A DNA stretch of 64,000 bases from a virus, in the IMG/VR virus record IMGVR_UViG_3300050343_000190, positions 22,212 to 86,211 of that record; one strand, given 5' to 3'. Positions 22,299 through 35,334 of this stretch are shown here, piece by piece. The translations under genes and the position numbers were made by a program. The notes beneath the pieces were generated by a model, which did no database searches, had not been told where the DNA came from, and worked only from the letters and a program-made list of their open reading frames with translations. Positions within the stretch are counted from its first letter, which is position 1. Each line of letters opens with the position of its first letter.

Positions 22299-23955
22299 AT
22301 GTCAAAATTGTTTGGGTTCTCAATAGAGGACAACGAACCACTCTCACCGTCAGCGGTCTCCCCCGTTCCTCCTAATAATGAGGACGGGGTTGATCACTAT
22401 CTGAGTAGTGGTTTTTTTGGTTCCTATGTAGATATTGAAGGTGTATATAAGAATGAATTTGATTAATCAAAGATATCGTGAGATGGCACTTCATCCAGAG
22501 TGTGATAGTGCGATTGAAGATATTGTAAATGAAGCAATTGTTTCAGATTCTAATGATAGTCCTGTAGAAATTGAACTATCAAATCTAAATGCCAGTGATG
22601 GTATAAAGAAAACTATTAGAACAAGAATTTAAATATATTTTAGATCTTATTAGATTTTGATAAAAAAGCACATGAAATTTATAGAAATTGGTATGTTGAT
22701 GGTAGATTTACTATCATAAATAATTGATTTAAAAAATCCCAAGAAGGAATTCAAGAAGTTCGATATATTGACGCAATGAAAATGCGTTATGTAAGAACAG
22801 CAAAAGAAAAACGAGCAGAAAGGCTGAATAAACTCAATCCTCTGAAAAATGATCCAATGGATTATGATTTTCCAGAGATTGAAGAGTTTTACATTTACAA
22901 TCCAAAAGGAAATACTTCAGGAAATATGGGATCTCCTGGTGCAAGGAATTAAGATTGCAAAAGATGCAATCACATATTGCACTTCTGGTCTTGTAGATAG
23001 AAATAAGGGACACTACTCTTTCATATCTTCATAAAGCAATCAAATCACTCAATCAACTTGAGAATGATTGAGGATAGTCTTGTAATCTATAGACTATCAA
23101 GAGCACCAGAACGTAGAATTTTCTACATTGATGTTGGTAATCTTCCTAAGCAAAAGGCAGAACAATATCTGCGTGATGTTATGATGCGTTATCGCAACAA
23201 ACTTGTATATGATGCAAACACTGGAGAGATTCGTGATGACAAAAAATACATGTCGATGCTTGAGGACTTCTGGCTTCCCAGGCGTGAAGGTGGAAGAGGA
23301 ACCGAAATCACCACTCTCCCTGGCGGACAAAACTTGGGTGAAATCACTGATATTGAATATTTTAAAAAGAAATTGTACAGGTCCCTTAATGTTCCACCAT
23401 CAAGAATGGATGGAGAAGGTGGGTTTAACTTGGGGAGATCTTCTGAGATCTTAAGAGATGAACTCAAGTTTACTAAGTTTGTTGGTCGTTTGAGAAAGAG
23501 ATTCTCTAACATGTTTAATGACATGCTGAAGACTCAATTACTCCTGAAGAATGTAATTACTCCTGAAGATTGGGAGTCAATGAGTGAGCATATTCAATAT
23601 GACTTCCTATATGATAATCACTTCTCTGAACTGAAAGAAGCAGAATTGATGAATGAGAGACTTGCTATTGTTGCAACTGCAGAACCATATGTTGGTAAGT
23701 ATTTCTCACAAGATTATCTGAGACGAAAAGATTCTTGCGTCAAACTGATGATTGAAATTCTTGAACAGGATAAACTTGATTGAAAATGAAATTGCGGCAG
23801 GACTTATTCCAGATCCTACTGCTCCGGTTGATCCCGAAACAGGAATGCCTATAGATGATTCTACGAATGGTAATATGGGGGTTGTTCCTGTTGAACCAGA
23901 AATAGATGGATCTTCAACCGAGGCACCAGAAATGCCTAAGGGTGGAGAGATATAA
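22299..23955 (+). CDS. gp20: Portal vertex protein, heavily frameshifted
   Basis: MSKLFGFSI start; YREMALHPECDSAIEDIVNEAI; IYRLSRAPERRIFYIDVGNLPK; EDFWLPRREGGRGTEITTLPGG. Confidence 0.97.
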
Positions 23956-23963
23956 TATAAATA
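23956..23963 (+). promoter_or_regulatory. T4-type late promoter
   Basis: TATAAATA immediately after the gp20 stop. Confidence 0.65.
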
Positions 23964-23992
23964 AATTGTAATCGTAGTACAGAATTATTAAC

Positions 23993-24175
23993 ATGGATGA
24001 ATTAATGGATATGATTGTGAGTGATGAGTCCCCCTCACAGATTACAGATGCTATCAAAGATCTTCTTTTCGCTAAGAGCGCAGAAAAAGTTGATGCATTT
24101 AAACCTGTTGTGGCAAATTCTTATGTAGATTCTAAAGAAGATGAAATTTCTTCAGAAGAAGAAAGTGGAGAATGA
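23993..24175 (+). CDS. Small acidic prohead-core-like protein
   Basis: 60-aa acidic ORF at the T4 gp67 position between portal and protease. Confidence 0.6.
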   Translation: MDELMDMIVSDESPSQITDAIKDLLFAKSAEKVDAFKPVVANSYVDSKEDEISSEEESGE

Positions 24176-24207
24176 ATAAATAACTCTTATAAGACACTTT
24201 TAAGTTC

Positions 24208-24477
24208 ATGTATAGAACATTATTAAATGGATCTGGCGTTGAGGTTGCTCTTAATAGTGCAACTACTCTTAGTAATGCAACCGTTGTTAGAGTAATCAAT
24301 CTTTCTGGAGCTGACGCGACAGTTAGTATTGCAAAAAGTACAACTGCTGGTTATGCAAGTACTGCTACTGTAACTCTACCAGACGATAGAGTTGAATTTT
24401 TTGAGAAAGGTCCTCAAGATATTATTTCAGCATCTGCTGCAACAGTTAAAGGTTTTAAAGTAGGATTTACTGGCTAA
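24208..24477 (+). CDS. Hypothetical protein (head module)
   Basis: 89 aa ending in the conserved KVGFTG; directly upstream of gp21. Confidence 0.65.
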   Translation: MYRTLLNGSGVEVALNSATTLSNATVVRVINLSGADATVSIAKSTTAGYASTATVTLPDDRVEFFEKGPQDIISASAATVKGFKVGFTG

Positions 24478-24481
24478 TCAA

Positions 24482-25126
24482 ATGAAACTAATCAGAGAAG
24501 AAATCGAAGAAGTAAAAGTCCTCGTAGAAGGTAAAGGGTCTAAAAAGTCTCTTTACATCGAAGGAGTTTTCCTTCAAGGAAACATCAAAAACCGTAATGG
24601 TCGTATGTATCCTATGGAGACTCTTCGTAAAGAAGTTGGTCGTTATAATGAAGGAGAATGTTTCTTCAGGTAGAGCACTTGGAGAACTTGGACACCCAGA
24701 TGGTCCAACCGTAAATCTCGATAGAGTTTCTCATAAAATTGTATCCTTAAAGAAAGTGGATCTAATTTTATTGGTAAAGCAAAGATTTTGAATACCCCTA
24801 TGGGTAAAATTGCTGAGGCTCTTCTTGATGATGGTGTAAAACTAGGAGTTTCTTCTCGTGGTATTGGATCAATCTAAAGCAAGAAGGTGTCAATATTGTT
24901 GGTGAGACTTTATGTTAGCAACTGCTGCTGATATTGTTGCTGATCCTTCTGCTCCTGATGCTTTTGTTGAAGGTATTATGGAAGGTAAAGAATGGGTATG
25001 GGAAGGTGGTATTCTTCGCGAAAGTATGCGCACAATCTGAGAGCTGAGATTGAAATAGCATCTCGCCAGAGACGCCTGGAAGAGCGTAAGATTGAACTGT
25101 TTGATCAGTTTATATCAAATCTTTAG
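24482..25126 (+). CDS. gp21: Prohead protease, frameshifted
   Basis: MKLIREEIE, LYIEGVFLQ..IKNRNGRMYP, ALGELGHPDGP, LGVSSRG, DIVADPSAPDAFVEGIMEGKEWVW. Confidence 0.95.
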
Positions 25127-25129
25127 TTT

Positions 25130-25137
25130 TATAAATA
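25130..25137 (+). promoter_or_regulatory. T4-type late promoter for scaffold/capsid
   Basis: TATAAATA upstream of gp22. Confidence 0.7.
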
Positions 25138-25179
25138 AATATAGTTAATCTAAATTAAAAGATAAACGGAGAGTCTCAA

Positions 25180-26321
25180 ATGTCTAGTGGACAACAATTT
25201 ACAGGAAATGGAAGCGGGCACTACACAATCCAAAACTGCTGTAAATGCGAATGCTGCTGCAGCGGATCCGATGCCAACGCTATCTAATCCCGGTCCATCT
25301 GCATCAGTAGAAGATCTCGGAGGTCCTACCCCCGAGAATTATAAACCTGATGACGATTCCGCAAAGTTAAAAGAGCCTGGCGCAACGCTTGCTCAAGTTA
25401 AGAAACGTAGTAAACAAAGGTGCTGCTAAGGCAGATCCTATGCCTGCTGGCGTTAAGGAAGAAGAAGAAGTCGAAGGCGAGAAGTTGTCGCAGAAGAAGA
25501 AGCAACTGAGGAAGAAGTAGTATCTGAAGAAGAAACTACAGAAGTTGCGGAGGCAGAAGTTGTTGCAGAATACGACATCGAAGAAGATGTAATGCTCTTC
25601 TCAATGGCGAAGAACTCTCCGAAGAATTCCAAGAAAAAAAGCTCGTACAATCTTTGAAGCAGCAATCAACTCTAAAGTTGCAGCAATCAAAGAACAACTA
25701 GAAGCACAATACGAAGACAAAATTTGTTTCTGAACTCTCAGAAGCAATTACAGAAACTAAAGAAGAATTAACTCGCAGAGCGAGTTGATTCTTATCTTGA
25801 GTATGTTGCTGAAGAGTGGTTCACTGAGAACCAACTCGCTATTGAAGCATGCACTCAAGACCGAAATGACTGAATCCTTCATCTGAAGGAATGAAGGGTC
25901 TTTTTGAAGAACATTATGTATCAATCCCTGAAGAAAAATATGATGTGCTTGAGAGCATGGTAGAAAAACTTGATGACATGGAGACAAAACTCAACGAGCA
26001 AATTGAGAAGAATATTTCCCTAAACTCCCGTCTTTCTGAGTCGGTTGCTGATGGAATCTTAGATCAAGTCTCTGAAGGTCTAGCACAGACACAGAAAGAG
26101 AAGCTCGCCTCACTTTCCGAAAGTGTAGAGTTTGAAAGTGAAGAACAATATCGTGAAAAATTGGAAACTCTGAAGGAGTCATATTTCTCAGCAAAGAAAC
26201 TCACTCCAGCAGCAAAAACTGAAACCCTTTCTGAGGGTGTAGAAAGTGGAACCTGAGTCCTACTCAAATTCCATGGCTGCATACCTGAAGAACTTTGGGT
26301 TATTGCTTAAGCAAAAACTGA
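25180..26321 (+). CDS. gp22: Prohead core scaffold protein, frameshifted
   Basis: EDLGGPTPENYKPDDDSAKLK, VDSYLEYVAEEW, GLFEEHYVSIPEEKYDV, KLETLKESYF; lies between gp21 and gp23. Confidence 0.92.
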
Positions 26322-26367
26322 ATTTAATATTAACTCAAACGTAAATTAACCACTAGGTAAAAAGCAA

Positions 26368-27764
26368 ATGTTCCAATCCGAACATCTGCAGGAAAAGTGG
26401 GCACCTCTCCTCAATCATGAGGGACTTGATTCAATCTCAAGATTCTCACAAGTAGAGCTGTAACCGCAGTCCTGTTAGAAAACCAAGAAAAATTCCTTAG
26501 AGAGCAATCCGCATTCGAGCAGGCTGGAATGCTTTGAGCAATCCAAGCACCACCAACGCTGTTGGTAATGGTGGGTATTTCCAGCTGGTGGTCAGACAGT
26601 TGCTGGTTTCGACCCCGTACTGATCTCCTTGATCAGACGCTCTATGCCTAACCTGGTCGCATATGACCTCGCAGGCGTTCAACCAATGTCTGGTCCTACT
26701 GGACTCATCTTCGCGATGCGTTCGAAGTACGAGACTCAGAACGGTACAGAGAGCATTCTTCGACGAAGCAGATACCGCATTCTCTGGTCAGAACGAGGTT
26801 TGACCTCACCAACGGCATTCACCGATGTTACTTCCGTTGGTATGGGTACTACCGCACAAGCAGGTAGCTAACCCCGGTGCACTGAACCCTGTTGGTTCTG
26901 CAACCGAATCAGGGATATACTGTTGGTCAGGGTATGCGTACCGATGATGCTGAAACCTCGGCACAGCTGGTGACCACTTCAACCAGATGGCATTCTCGAT
27001 CGAGAAAGTCACCGTAACCGCCAAGTCCAGAGCTCTGAAAGCAGAGTACTCTTTAGAACTGGCACAAGACCTTAAGGCAATCCACGGTCTGAACGCTGAA
27101 GCGGAACTCGCAAACATCCTCTCTACTGAGATCCTTGCTGAGATCAACCGTGAAGTCATCAGAACTATCTACAAGGTTGCTGAGCAAGGCGCAACACAAA
27201 ACGTTGCAACTGCTGGTGAGTTTGACCTCGACATCGACTCCAACGGACGTTGGTCTGTTGAGAAGTTCAAAGGTCTTCTGTTCCAAATCGAAAGAGATGC
27301 GAACGCAATCGCACAAAGAACTCGTAGAGGAAAGGGCAACGTAATCATGTGCTCCGCTGACGTTGCTTCCGCACTTGCACCATGGCTGGTGTACTTGATT
27401 ACACCCCTGCACTCAACGCTAACCTTGAACGTTGATGACACTGGTAACACCTTCGCTGGTGTTCTGCAAGGTAAGTATCGCGTATACATCGATCCTTATT
27501 CTGCAAACAACGCTGCTAACCAGTACTACGTTGTTGGTTATAAGGGTACTTCCCCTTATGACGCAGGTCTATTCTACTGCCCATACGTTCCCCTTCAGAT
27601 GGTTCGTGCAGTTGGAGAGAACACCTTCCAGCCCAAAATCGGCTTTAAGACTCGCTACGGCATGGTTGCTAACCCCTTCGCACAAGGAACCACAGTTGGC
27701 GCTGGTGCTCTTAACCAATGCTAACCGCTACTACCGTCGCGTTGCAGTTAAGAACCTCATGTGA
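26368..27764 (+). CDS. gp23: Major capsid protein, frameshifted
   Basis: LQEKWAPLL, LIRRSMPNLVAYDLAGVQPMSGPTGLIFAMRS, MAFSIEKVTVTAKSRALKAEYSLELAQDLKAIHG, YCPYVPLQM, YYRRVAVKNLM. Confidence 0.98.
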
Positions 27765-27847
27765 TCAAGTGGTTGCTGCGGAAGCGGTTGCCCCACATTG
27801 CAAATAAATAGTTAAAAATCTTGTTATGAAAATTCACAAGGTTACCG

Positions 27848-27883
27848 AGAGGGTCCTTACATTGGTGGGGACCCTCTTTTTTT
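27848..27883 (+). terminator. Rho-independent terminator after gp23
   Basis: AGAGGGTCCTTAC-attg-GTGGGGACCCTCT stem followed by a T run. Confidence 0.85.
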
Positions 27884-27904
27884 ATCTAAATAATTAAAAA
27901 AAGA

Positions 27905-28494
27905 TGGCATGGACAATGATTTTTGTAAAGAAACGATACTCAAATAGACAGAATAGAAACTTTCTTTCACCAACTGGATTTAGATTTGGTTTAACTAGAA
28001 GCACCTAAGTAGCATTTTTTGCAATCAGTGCAAATATTCCCAGATCATTGGATCTTGGAGTTGCAACAGTTCAACCATCATCTTAAAAGAGATTGATGTA
28101 CCTGGAGATAAATTGTATTTGGAGATTTAAACTTAGATTTCTTAGTTGATGAAGATCTCAAAAATTATATGGAAATTCAAAACTGGATGAGAGGTCTTGG
28201 ATATCCAGAAACGTTAAAAGAAATTTATAGATCTCAAAGTAATACCTAGGAGAACTTAAGGGAAATATCATTCCAGATTTGAAAAGGTGGACATCTATTC
28301 TGATGGTTCTTCAAATTTTAACAAGTAATAACTTAATATTCCAAATTTCAAGTTAATTTTAAAGATATGTTCCCATACATATTTATCAACTATTACTTTG
28401 ATGCTACTGATACAGACATAGAGTACTTTACAGCAGACGTTGCTTTCAAGTATACTATCTACAATATAACTGATAGAATAACAAGACCTTTATG
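27905..28494 (+). CDS. gp3: Tail completion / sheath stabiliser protein, heavily frameshifted
   Basis: NRNFLSPTGFRF, PGDK..FGDL..RFLVDEDLKNYMEIQNWMRGLGYP, FDATDTDIEYFTADVAFKYTIY readable across frames; canonical position. Confidence 0.8.
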
Positions 28495-28922
28495 ATCGAT
28501 CTTGATAAACTTCAAGAGATGTGGGAAAAGATTCAAAAATTGATAGAGATAATCTACATGATGAATCTTAAATATCCCCTCTCTACATGCAAAATACTTT
28601 GAACTTTATAATACATTTTCTTCTAAGAAAAAAAGCAGAGCAACAAAGAAAAAATATAAGACATGAACGATATGAATACTTCAGTGGTAAATCAGATCCT
28701 GATGTATACATAGAAAATCCTTTTCCTAAAAAAATTAGAGATAAAGATACTATGCAAAAGTATCTTGATGCAGATGAAAAACTTTCTACAGTATGTTTAA
28801 AAATTGATTACTATGATACTATATTAGTATATATTGAGAGTATATTAAAACAGATAACTAATAGAACTTATCAAATTAAAAACGCAATTGAGTTTATGAG
28901 GTTTAATTCAGGACTAGGATAA
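28492..28922 (+). CDS. uvsY: Recombination mediator UvsY, frameshifted
   Basis: LDKLQEMWEKD start, IPSLHAKY, YLDADEKL, RTYQIKNAIEFMRF. Confidence 0.9.
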
Positions 28923-29131
28923 TGAATGAAGAATTCGAACCAAGTCAAGAGTTTGATTATACAGTTAATTTGACTATAGAAGATATTCGTCTATTACATC
29001 ACTGTGTTTTGAAAAGAATTGAAAATTGGGAAGGTTCTCCTGCCAGACATCCAATGGAACAAGAGCATCTTTGGTACTTAAGAGATTCGTTGTATAGAAT
29101 GATATTAGAATATAAGTTTGAAAATATGTAA
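28922..29131 (+). CDS. Hypothetical protein
   Basis: 69-aa ORF with WEGSPARHPMEQEHLWYLRD motif. Confidence 0.6.
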   Translation: MNEEFEPSQEFDYTVNLTIEDIRLLHHCVLKRIENWEGSPARHPMEQEHLWYLRDSLYRMILEYKFENM

Positions 29132-29158
29132 TAAATATTATTAGATGAATGGGTCTAT

Positions 29159-30629
29159 GTGATTGATACGACTGCCAATCTTGTTATATCTAAATCAAAC
29201 GAAGTATTTTTAAAGATTAATACAGAACCTCATATAGAATATGAACTTAGAGACCACTTTAAGTTTGAGGTTCCTAATGCAAAATTTATGCCACAGTATC
29301 GTGGAAGGAATTGGAACGGAGAGATTCACCTTTACGATATGCGGTCTAAGCAGATCTATGTTGGTCTGTTAGATAAGATTGTAGTTCTGTGAGAACTACG
29401 GATACAGTTATAAGTTTGAAGATAATAAATTTTATGGCACTCCATATGAAGAGAATGATCATATTTCCTTAGAAGGTGTTAAGGATTATATGAATTCTAT
29501 TTGTTCTCATACTCCTAGGAAATATCAAGTTGAGGGAGTATACGGTGCTCTAAAGCATAATAGAAAGCTATTGATAAGCCCCACTGCTTCTGGCAAATCT
29601 TTGATGATTTATTCTCTCGTAAGATACTACGTAGACCGAGGAGAAAAAATTCTTTTAGTTGTTCCAACGACATCTCTTGTAGAGCAGATGTACAAGGATT
29701 TTCTTGATTATGGTTGGGATGCTGATTCATATTGTCACCGTATCTATTCGGGTAAAGAAAAAAGTAATGAAGCACCAGTAACAATTACAACCTGGCAATC
29801 TGTTTATAAACTTAGATAGATCTTTCTTTGAAGACTATGGTGTCATTATAGGTGATGAAGCACATTTATTCAAGTCTAAGTCTCTAATACAGATTATGAC
29901 CAAACTACATCATGCAAAGTATAGATTTGGATTCACTGGTACTTTAGACGGCACACAGACGCATAAGTGGGTGTTAGAGGGACTGTTTGGACCATCATAT
30001 AAAGTGACAAGAACTGATGAGTTGATGAGACAGGGACATCTTTCACAACTTGATATTCAGTGTCTTGTTCTTAAACATCCTCCACAAAATTTGATGTTTA
30101 TGAGGATGAGATACAGTATTTAATAGGTCACGAACAACGTAATAATTTTATTAAAAATCTAGCATTAGATCTTAAAGGAAATAGTCTTGTTCTTTTCCAA
30201 AGAGTCGAAGTCATGGAGCAGTACTCTATGAAAGATAAATAAAACAAAGGTGACAACCGTAAGGTATTTTTTATACATGGTGGTGTAGATACAGAAGAAA
30301 GAGAACTAGTAAGAGAAATAACAGAAAGAGAAAACAACGCTATTATTGTTGCTTCTTATGGAACTTTTTCTACTGGTATCAACATTAAAAACCTCCATAA
30401 TGTTATCTTTGCCTCTCCAAGTAAGTCAAGAGTCCGCAATCTTCAAAGTATTGGACGAGTTCTTAGAAAAGGAAAAGGACAAAGTAAAAGCAACTCTATA
30501 TGATATCTCAGATGATTGCTCTACAAAAAATAGAAGAAATTACACACTCAATCATTTCATAGAAAGAATTAAAACATATAATGAAGAAAACTTTAATTAT
30601 GAAATAATCACTATTCAATTAAAATATGA
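29159..30629 (+). CDS. uvsW: RNA-DNA/DNA helicase UvsW, frameshifted
   Basis: SPTASGKS, VPTTSLVEQM, TTWQS, DEAH, FGFTGT, ASYGTFSTGINI, QSIGRVLR. Confidence 0.95.
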
Positions 30630-31020
30630 TAGAAGAAGATTTTTATGCAACCGTAAAATTTAAATCTGGAGAAGAAATATTTGCTAAAGTAGCTGCATCT
30701 GAAGAAAAAGATAGAACTATGTTATTAGTTTCTAATCCAATTATTGTTGAAGAGTTAAAAGGAAAAGAGAGGTAGTTGGATATAAAATAGAACCTTGGTT
30801 AAAAACAACAACTGATGATATGTTTATTATTAATTAGATGATGTTCTTACTTTGTCAGAATCATCTGATATTGAAATGATAATGATGTATCAAGATTATA
30901 TAAGATCTGCAAATAAAGATAATAAAAATCAACTAAAATTAATCGTAATATGGGATATCTAGGTAATGTCAATGATACAAAAGAACTTTTAGAAAAGATA
31001 TTTAAGAAGAGCTCAGAAGA
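30626..31020 (+). CDS. Conserved T4-like hypothetical protein, frameshifted
   Basis: MIEEDFYATVK.KSGEEIFAKV...EPWLK...MGYLGNVNDTKELLEKIF; usual position between uvsW and gp55. Confidence 0.65.
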
Positions 31021-31128
31021 AGCTATAGCTATCCTATCAACCCTAACAGAGTTATTCTACTGTACTTTTGAGAACTTGTCAAGTAACGCTGAAGATGATA
31101 TAATCTATACATATTATGAGATAAACTT

Positions 31129-31621
31129 ATGATAAGACCTATGGCTAAAAGAAAAAGGTCAGAACATTATGTGAATAACAAAGAGTTTCTGGCAGAATAC
31201 TTATCAAGTATCGTGAAGATAAAGAGATTGCTTTAATCAAGATCTTCCTAAACCTCCCATTCCTCGCTACATTGGGGAGTGTTTCTTGAAGATTGCAAAT
31301 CATCTATCATTCAAACCAAACTTCGTCAACTACATGTTCAAAGAGGACATGATCTCTGACGGAATTGAGAACTGTGTTCAGTACATACATAACTTTAACC
31401 CAGAGAAATCCCAGAATCCCTTTGCGTATTTCACTCAGATTATTCATTACGCTTTTCTGCGTCGTATTCAGCGAGAGAAAAGACAGTTAGAAATCAAGAA
31501 CAAGATTATTGAACGGTCTGGTTACAGTGAGGTGTTTGACGACAACAACACCCTTGACGGATCCAACTACAGCGACTATAATAGTATCAAAGACGCAGTG
31601 CATTCCAAACTCCGTAATTGA
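31129..31621 (+). CDS. gp55: Late-transcription sigma factor, frameshifted
   Basis: EHYVNNKEFL, YIGECFLKIANHLSFKPNFVNY, DGIENCVQY, NPFAYFTQI. Confidence 0.95.
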
Positions 31622-32656
31622 TGAAAGTTGCAATCATTACCGATCAACACTTTGGTGCTCGTAAAAACTCTAAGTTATTTCACGACTATTTCCTGAAGTT
31701 CTATAATGACGTGTTCTTTCCTTATTTGGAAGAGCACGGAATTACTACAGTTATAGATATGGGAGATACTTTTGATAGTCGTAAAGGTATTGATTTCTCT
31801 GCACTAGCATGGGCAAAGAATAATTATTATGATCGACTTAAAAGACATGGGTATTCATGTTCATACTATTGTTGGTAATCATACTGCATATTATAAAAAT
31901 ACTAATGATGTTAATGCTGTTGACTTCTTCTTCGTGAGTATGATAATGTAACAGTTTATTCAGAACCAACTGAAGTTTGGATAATCGTTAAAAGTACTTT
32001 TTATTCCTTGGATTAATCAAGAAAATGAAGAAAAGACTTTTAAGTTTATTAAAAATTCAAATTGCAAGTGTGCGATGGGGCACCTTGACTCTAAATGGAT
32101 TTAGAGCTCATAGAGGACATCGTCATGGATCATGGTCATGCAAGCGAGTTATATTCAAAGTTCACCAAGGTCTTCTCCGGTCACTATCACACTAGATCGG
32201 ATGATGGAAGATCTATTACTTGGAAATCCCTATGAGATGTTCTGGAACGATTTAAATGACCCAAGAGGATTTCCATCTTTGATACAGAAACTCTAGAACA
32301 TTTTCATGTAGATAATCCATATAGGATTTTCTATAATATTTACTATAATGACACACCACATCAAACTTTTGATGTTAGTGAATATGAAAATAAAATTGTA
32401 AAGTTATTGTTCGTAAAAAAACTAGCATAAAGAATTTGAAAAATTTATTGATAAACTTTATGAAGTTGGAGTTTCTGATCTTAAAATTGTAGAAAACTTT
32501 GTTCTGCATGGTATCTTCTGAGTTTGAAGTATTTGAATCTGAAGATACTCTTTCTATCTTAATAGATATATTCAAGAAGCAGAAATTAATCTTGATAAGT
32601 CAAGAATTCAAAATATTATGAGAGATACTTATCAAGAAGCATGTGAATTGATTTAA
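31621..32656 (+). CDS. gp47: Recombination endonuclease subunit (Mre11/SbcD-like), frameshifted
   Basis: ITDQHFG, DMGDTFD, IVGNH, MGHL, FSGHYH metallophosphoesterase motifs. Confidence 0.93.
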
Positions 32657-32928
32657 ATGTATATCTTAACAATCTACGGAAAAGAAACTGAAGGTGCATA
32701 TTCTGTACTTGATGATGAGGAGAACAGATACTTTATATTGTTTGAAGAAGAAGATGATGCTATGAGATATGCTATGATGTTAGAAGATGATGGAAGTCCA
32801 AAATGCATGTCATAGAAGTTGAAGATGATATAATGATAAAAACTTGTGAACTTCATGATTATAGTTACACTATAATTACTAAAAATGACATTGTAATTCC
32901 ACCTAGAACAAATCATGATTTTATTTGA
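32657..32928 (+). CDS. Conserved cyanophage hypothetical protein, frameshifted
   Basis: EGAYSV...LFEEEDDAMRYAMMLE...DIVIPP between gp47 and gp46. Confidence 0.6.
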
Positions 32929-34600
32929 AAAATTCGTTGGAAAAATTTTCTTTCTACTGGAAATCAATTTACTGAAGTAGATTTACTAAAACACCTACCA
33001 ATTTATTATTGGTACAAATGGTGCTGGTAAATCTACTATTCTTGATGCTCTTACTTTTCTCTTGTTTGGAAAACCTTTTCGTAAAATTAATAAACCTCAA
33101 CTTATCAATTCTGTAAATGAAAAGGACTGTGTAGTTGAAGTTGAATTTTCTATTGGTAATGTGAACTGGAAAGTTTTCGTGGAATCAAACCAAATATATT
33201 TGAGATTTGGAGAGATGATAACTTTTAGATCAAGTGCAGCTGCTGCAGATCAGCAAAAATGGTTTGAGCAGAATGTATTAAAGATGAACTATAAGTCTTT
33301 TACTCAGATTGTAATTTTGGGTAGTAGCACTTTGTTCCTTTCATGCAATTGACTTCTACTAATCGTAGAGAAGTTATTGAAGATCTTCTTGATATTCGTA
33401 TCTTTTCTTCTATGAATAGTGTGATTAAAGATAAGATTCGAGGCCAAAGAAGATATTAAAGTTTTAGAACTTAAGAAAGAATCTCTTACTGATAAAGTTA
33501 AAATGCAAGAAAACTTTATTGAAGAACTTGAGAGTCGTGGAAAAGAAAATATTAAAGATAAAGAAATCGTATAGGTAATCTTCTTAATGAAGAGAATAAT
33601 TGGATGGGATCTAATGAAGAGTTAGAAAGAATCTCTTATAGATGTCAATGGTAAACTTGAAAATTTTCTGGTGCAACAGCAAACTTCGTAAACTTGGTAA
33701 TCTAAAAGGTAAGATTTCTAACAAAGTATCAACTATTACTAAGGAACATAAATTTTTCACAGAGAATACGGTTTGCCCTACATGCACACAATCTATTGAA
33801 GAGACCTTCAGAATAAATAAAATTGACGACGCTCAAATAAAGCAAAAGAGTTGCAATCTGGTTATAAAGAACTAGAGAGGCAATTAAAGAAGAAGAAAAG
33901 CGAGAGCGTCAATTTCACAGTTCTATCTAAGGAGATTACTTCACTCACACATGGCATTTCTCAAAACAATACTAAGATCGCTGGATGTCAAAGACAAATC
34001 AGAGATCTGGAATCGGAAATTCAAAGAGTTACCGACAACCTTGCAAACAGAAATACTGAGAATGAAAAGTTAGCAACCTTCAAGGATAATCTAAAAACTA
34101 CATACGACGAACTAGCAACAACGAAAGAAACAATTAACTATTACGATTTTCGTATAGTTTACTTAAAGACGGTGGAGTCAAATCTAAAATCATTAAGAAG
34201 TATCTACCGCTGATAAATCAGCAAGTAATAAGTATCTACAACTGATGGACTTCTATATTAACTTCTACACTTGATGAAGAATTTAACGAAACCGTCCAGT
34301 CTCCAATTCATGAAGACTTTTCTTATGCTTCTTTCAGCGAGGGAGAGAAGATGAGAATTGACTTAGCACTCTTGTTTACTTGGAGAGAAGTAGCAAGAAT
34401 GAAGAACTCTGTCAATACTAATCTATTGATTATGGATGAAGTATTTGATAGTTCTCTTAGATGGATTTGGTACAGAAGAATTTCTAAAGATTATTAGATT
34501 TGTATTAAAGATGCAAATATTTTTGTTATCTCTCATAAAGAATCTTTGCATGATAAGTTTAAAAGAAAACGCCTCTGAGTCTATAATGACGAATATCTTT
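32915..34600 (+). CDS. gp46: Recombination ATPase subunit (Rad50/SbcC-like), frameshifted; 3' end garbled
   Basis: WKNFLSTGN, GTNGAGKST, CPTC zinc hook, FSEGEKMRIDLAL, LIMDEVFD, ISHK. Confidence 0.93.
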
Positions 34601-35025
34601 TTGGAGAACAAGATTATGATTATAGAGAAACAAATATTGAAGAGGTAAAAGTTGACGCGGTTTTTTCTAATCAAATGATTAGAAGAAACTTAATTCTTAT
34701 TAAAGAGTTATTAGATTGTAATAAGTTAGATGAAAATTTTCTTTTTGTTAGGTATGAAGATCTCATAGAAAATCCTTATCGGGAGCTTTTTCAATCATAT
34801 ATGACTTTATTGGTGCATCTCCCTTTAAAAATAATTTTGAAGATATACAGCAGATACCTTTTCATGATGCTATGTTCTTGCCTTATGGTAGACATAAGAT
34901 AAATTCAAAATTAGAAAATAGAGATCCTTGGAAATTTAATATATGTCCAACAGCAGAAGATAAAATACTAGGAGAAAATTTTTGGTATTATGAAGAATTT
35001 TATCCAGAATTACTTACATCATAAT
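34600..35025 (+). pseudogene. Sulfotransferase-like fragment (garbled)
   Basis: LFVRYEDLIENP resembles the C-terminal YEDL motif of sulfotransferases; no intact start found. Confidence 0.35.
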
Positions 35026-35042
35026 AAATAAATAAAAAATCT

Positions 35043-35213
35043 ATGGAAAATTTCCATCTTGATAATTCTGATTGGTATGATAGATTGATTAATAAAACAC
35101 TGGACGAGTACCATGACGATACCGAACTGGCAGCACAACTCTGGGAAAAAGCAGAAAAGAAAATTAAAACCTCAGGCACTTCGTCAAGCGAAAGCAAGAC
35201 TAAGACAGTTTAA
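35043..35213 (+). CDS. Small hypothetical protein (56 aa)
   Basis: MENFHLDNSDWYDRLINK...KTKTV read manually; follows an ATAAATA late-promoter core. Confidence 0.4.
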   Translation: MENFHLDNSDWYDRLINKTLDEYHDDTELAAQLWEKAEKKIKTSGTSSSESKTKTV

Positions 35214-35334
35214 AAAGAGTCACATGACCTCGCCCAAAAGGCGGGGTTCTTTTGTATACTACGTTCATACGCATCAAAGCAATGTCTGTTTCTCAGGAAA
35301 TCAAGTCTCAACTAGCAAAGTTGCTTGCAACTGA
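35113..35334 (+). CDS. Small basic hypothetical protein
   Basis: MTIPNWQHNSGK...LKPQALRQAKARLRQFKK motif typical of cyanomyophages; real 3' end uncertain. Confidence 0.55.
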   Translation: MTIPNWQHNSGKKQKRKLKPQALRQAKARLRQFKKSHMTSPKRRGSFVYYVHTHQSNVCFSGNQVSTSKVACN

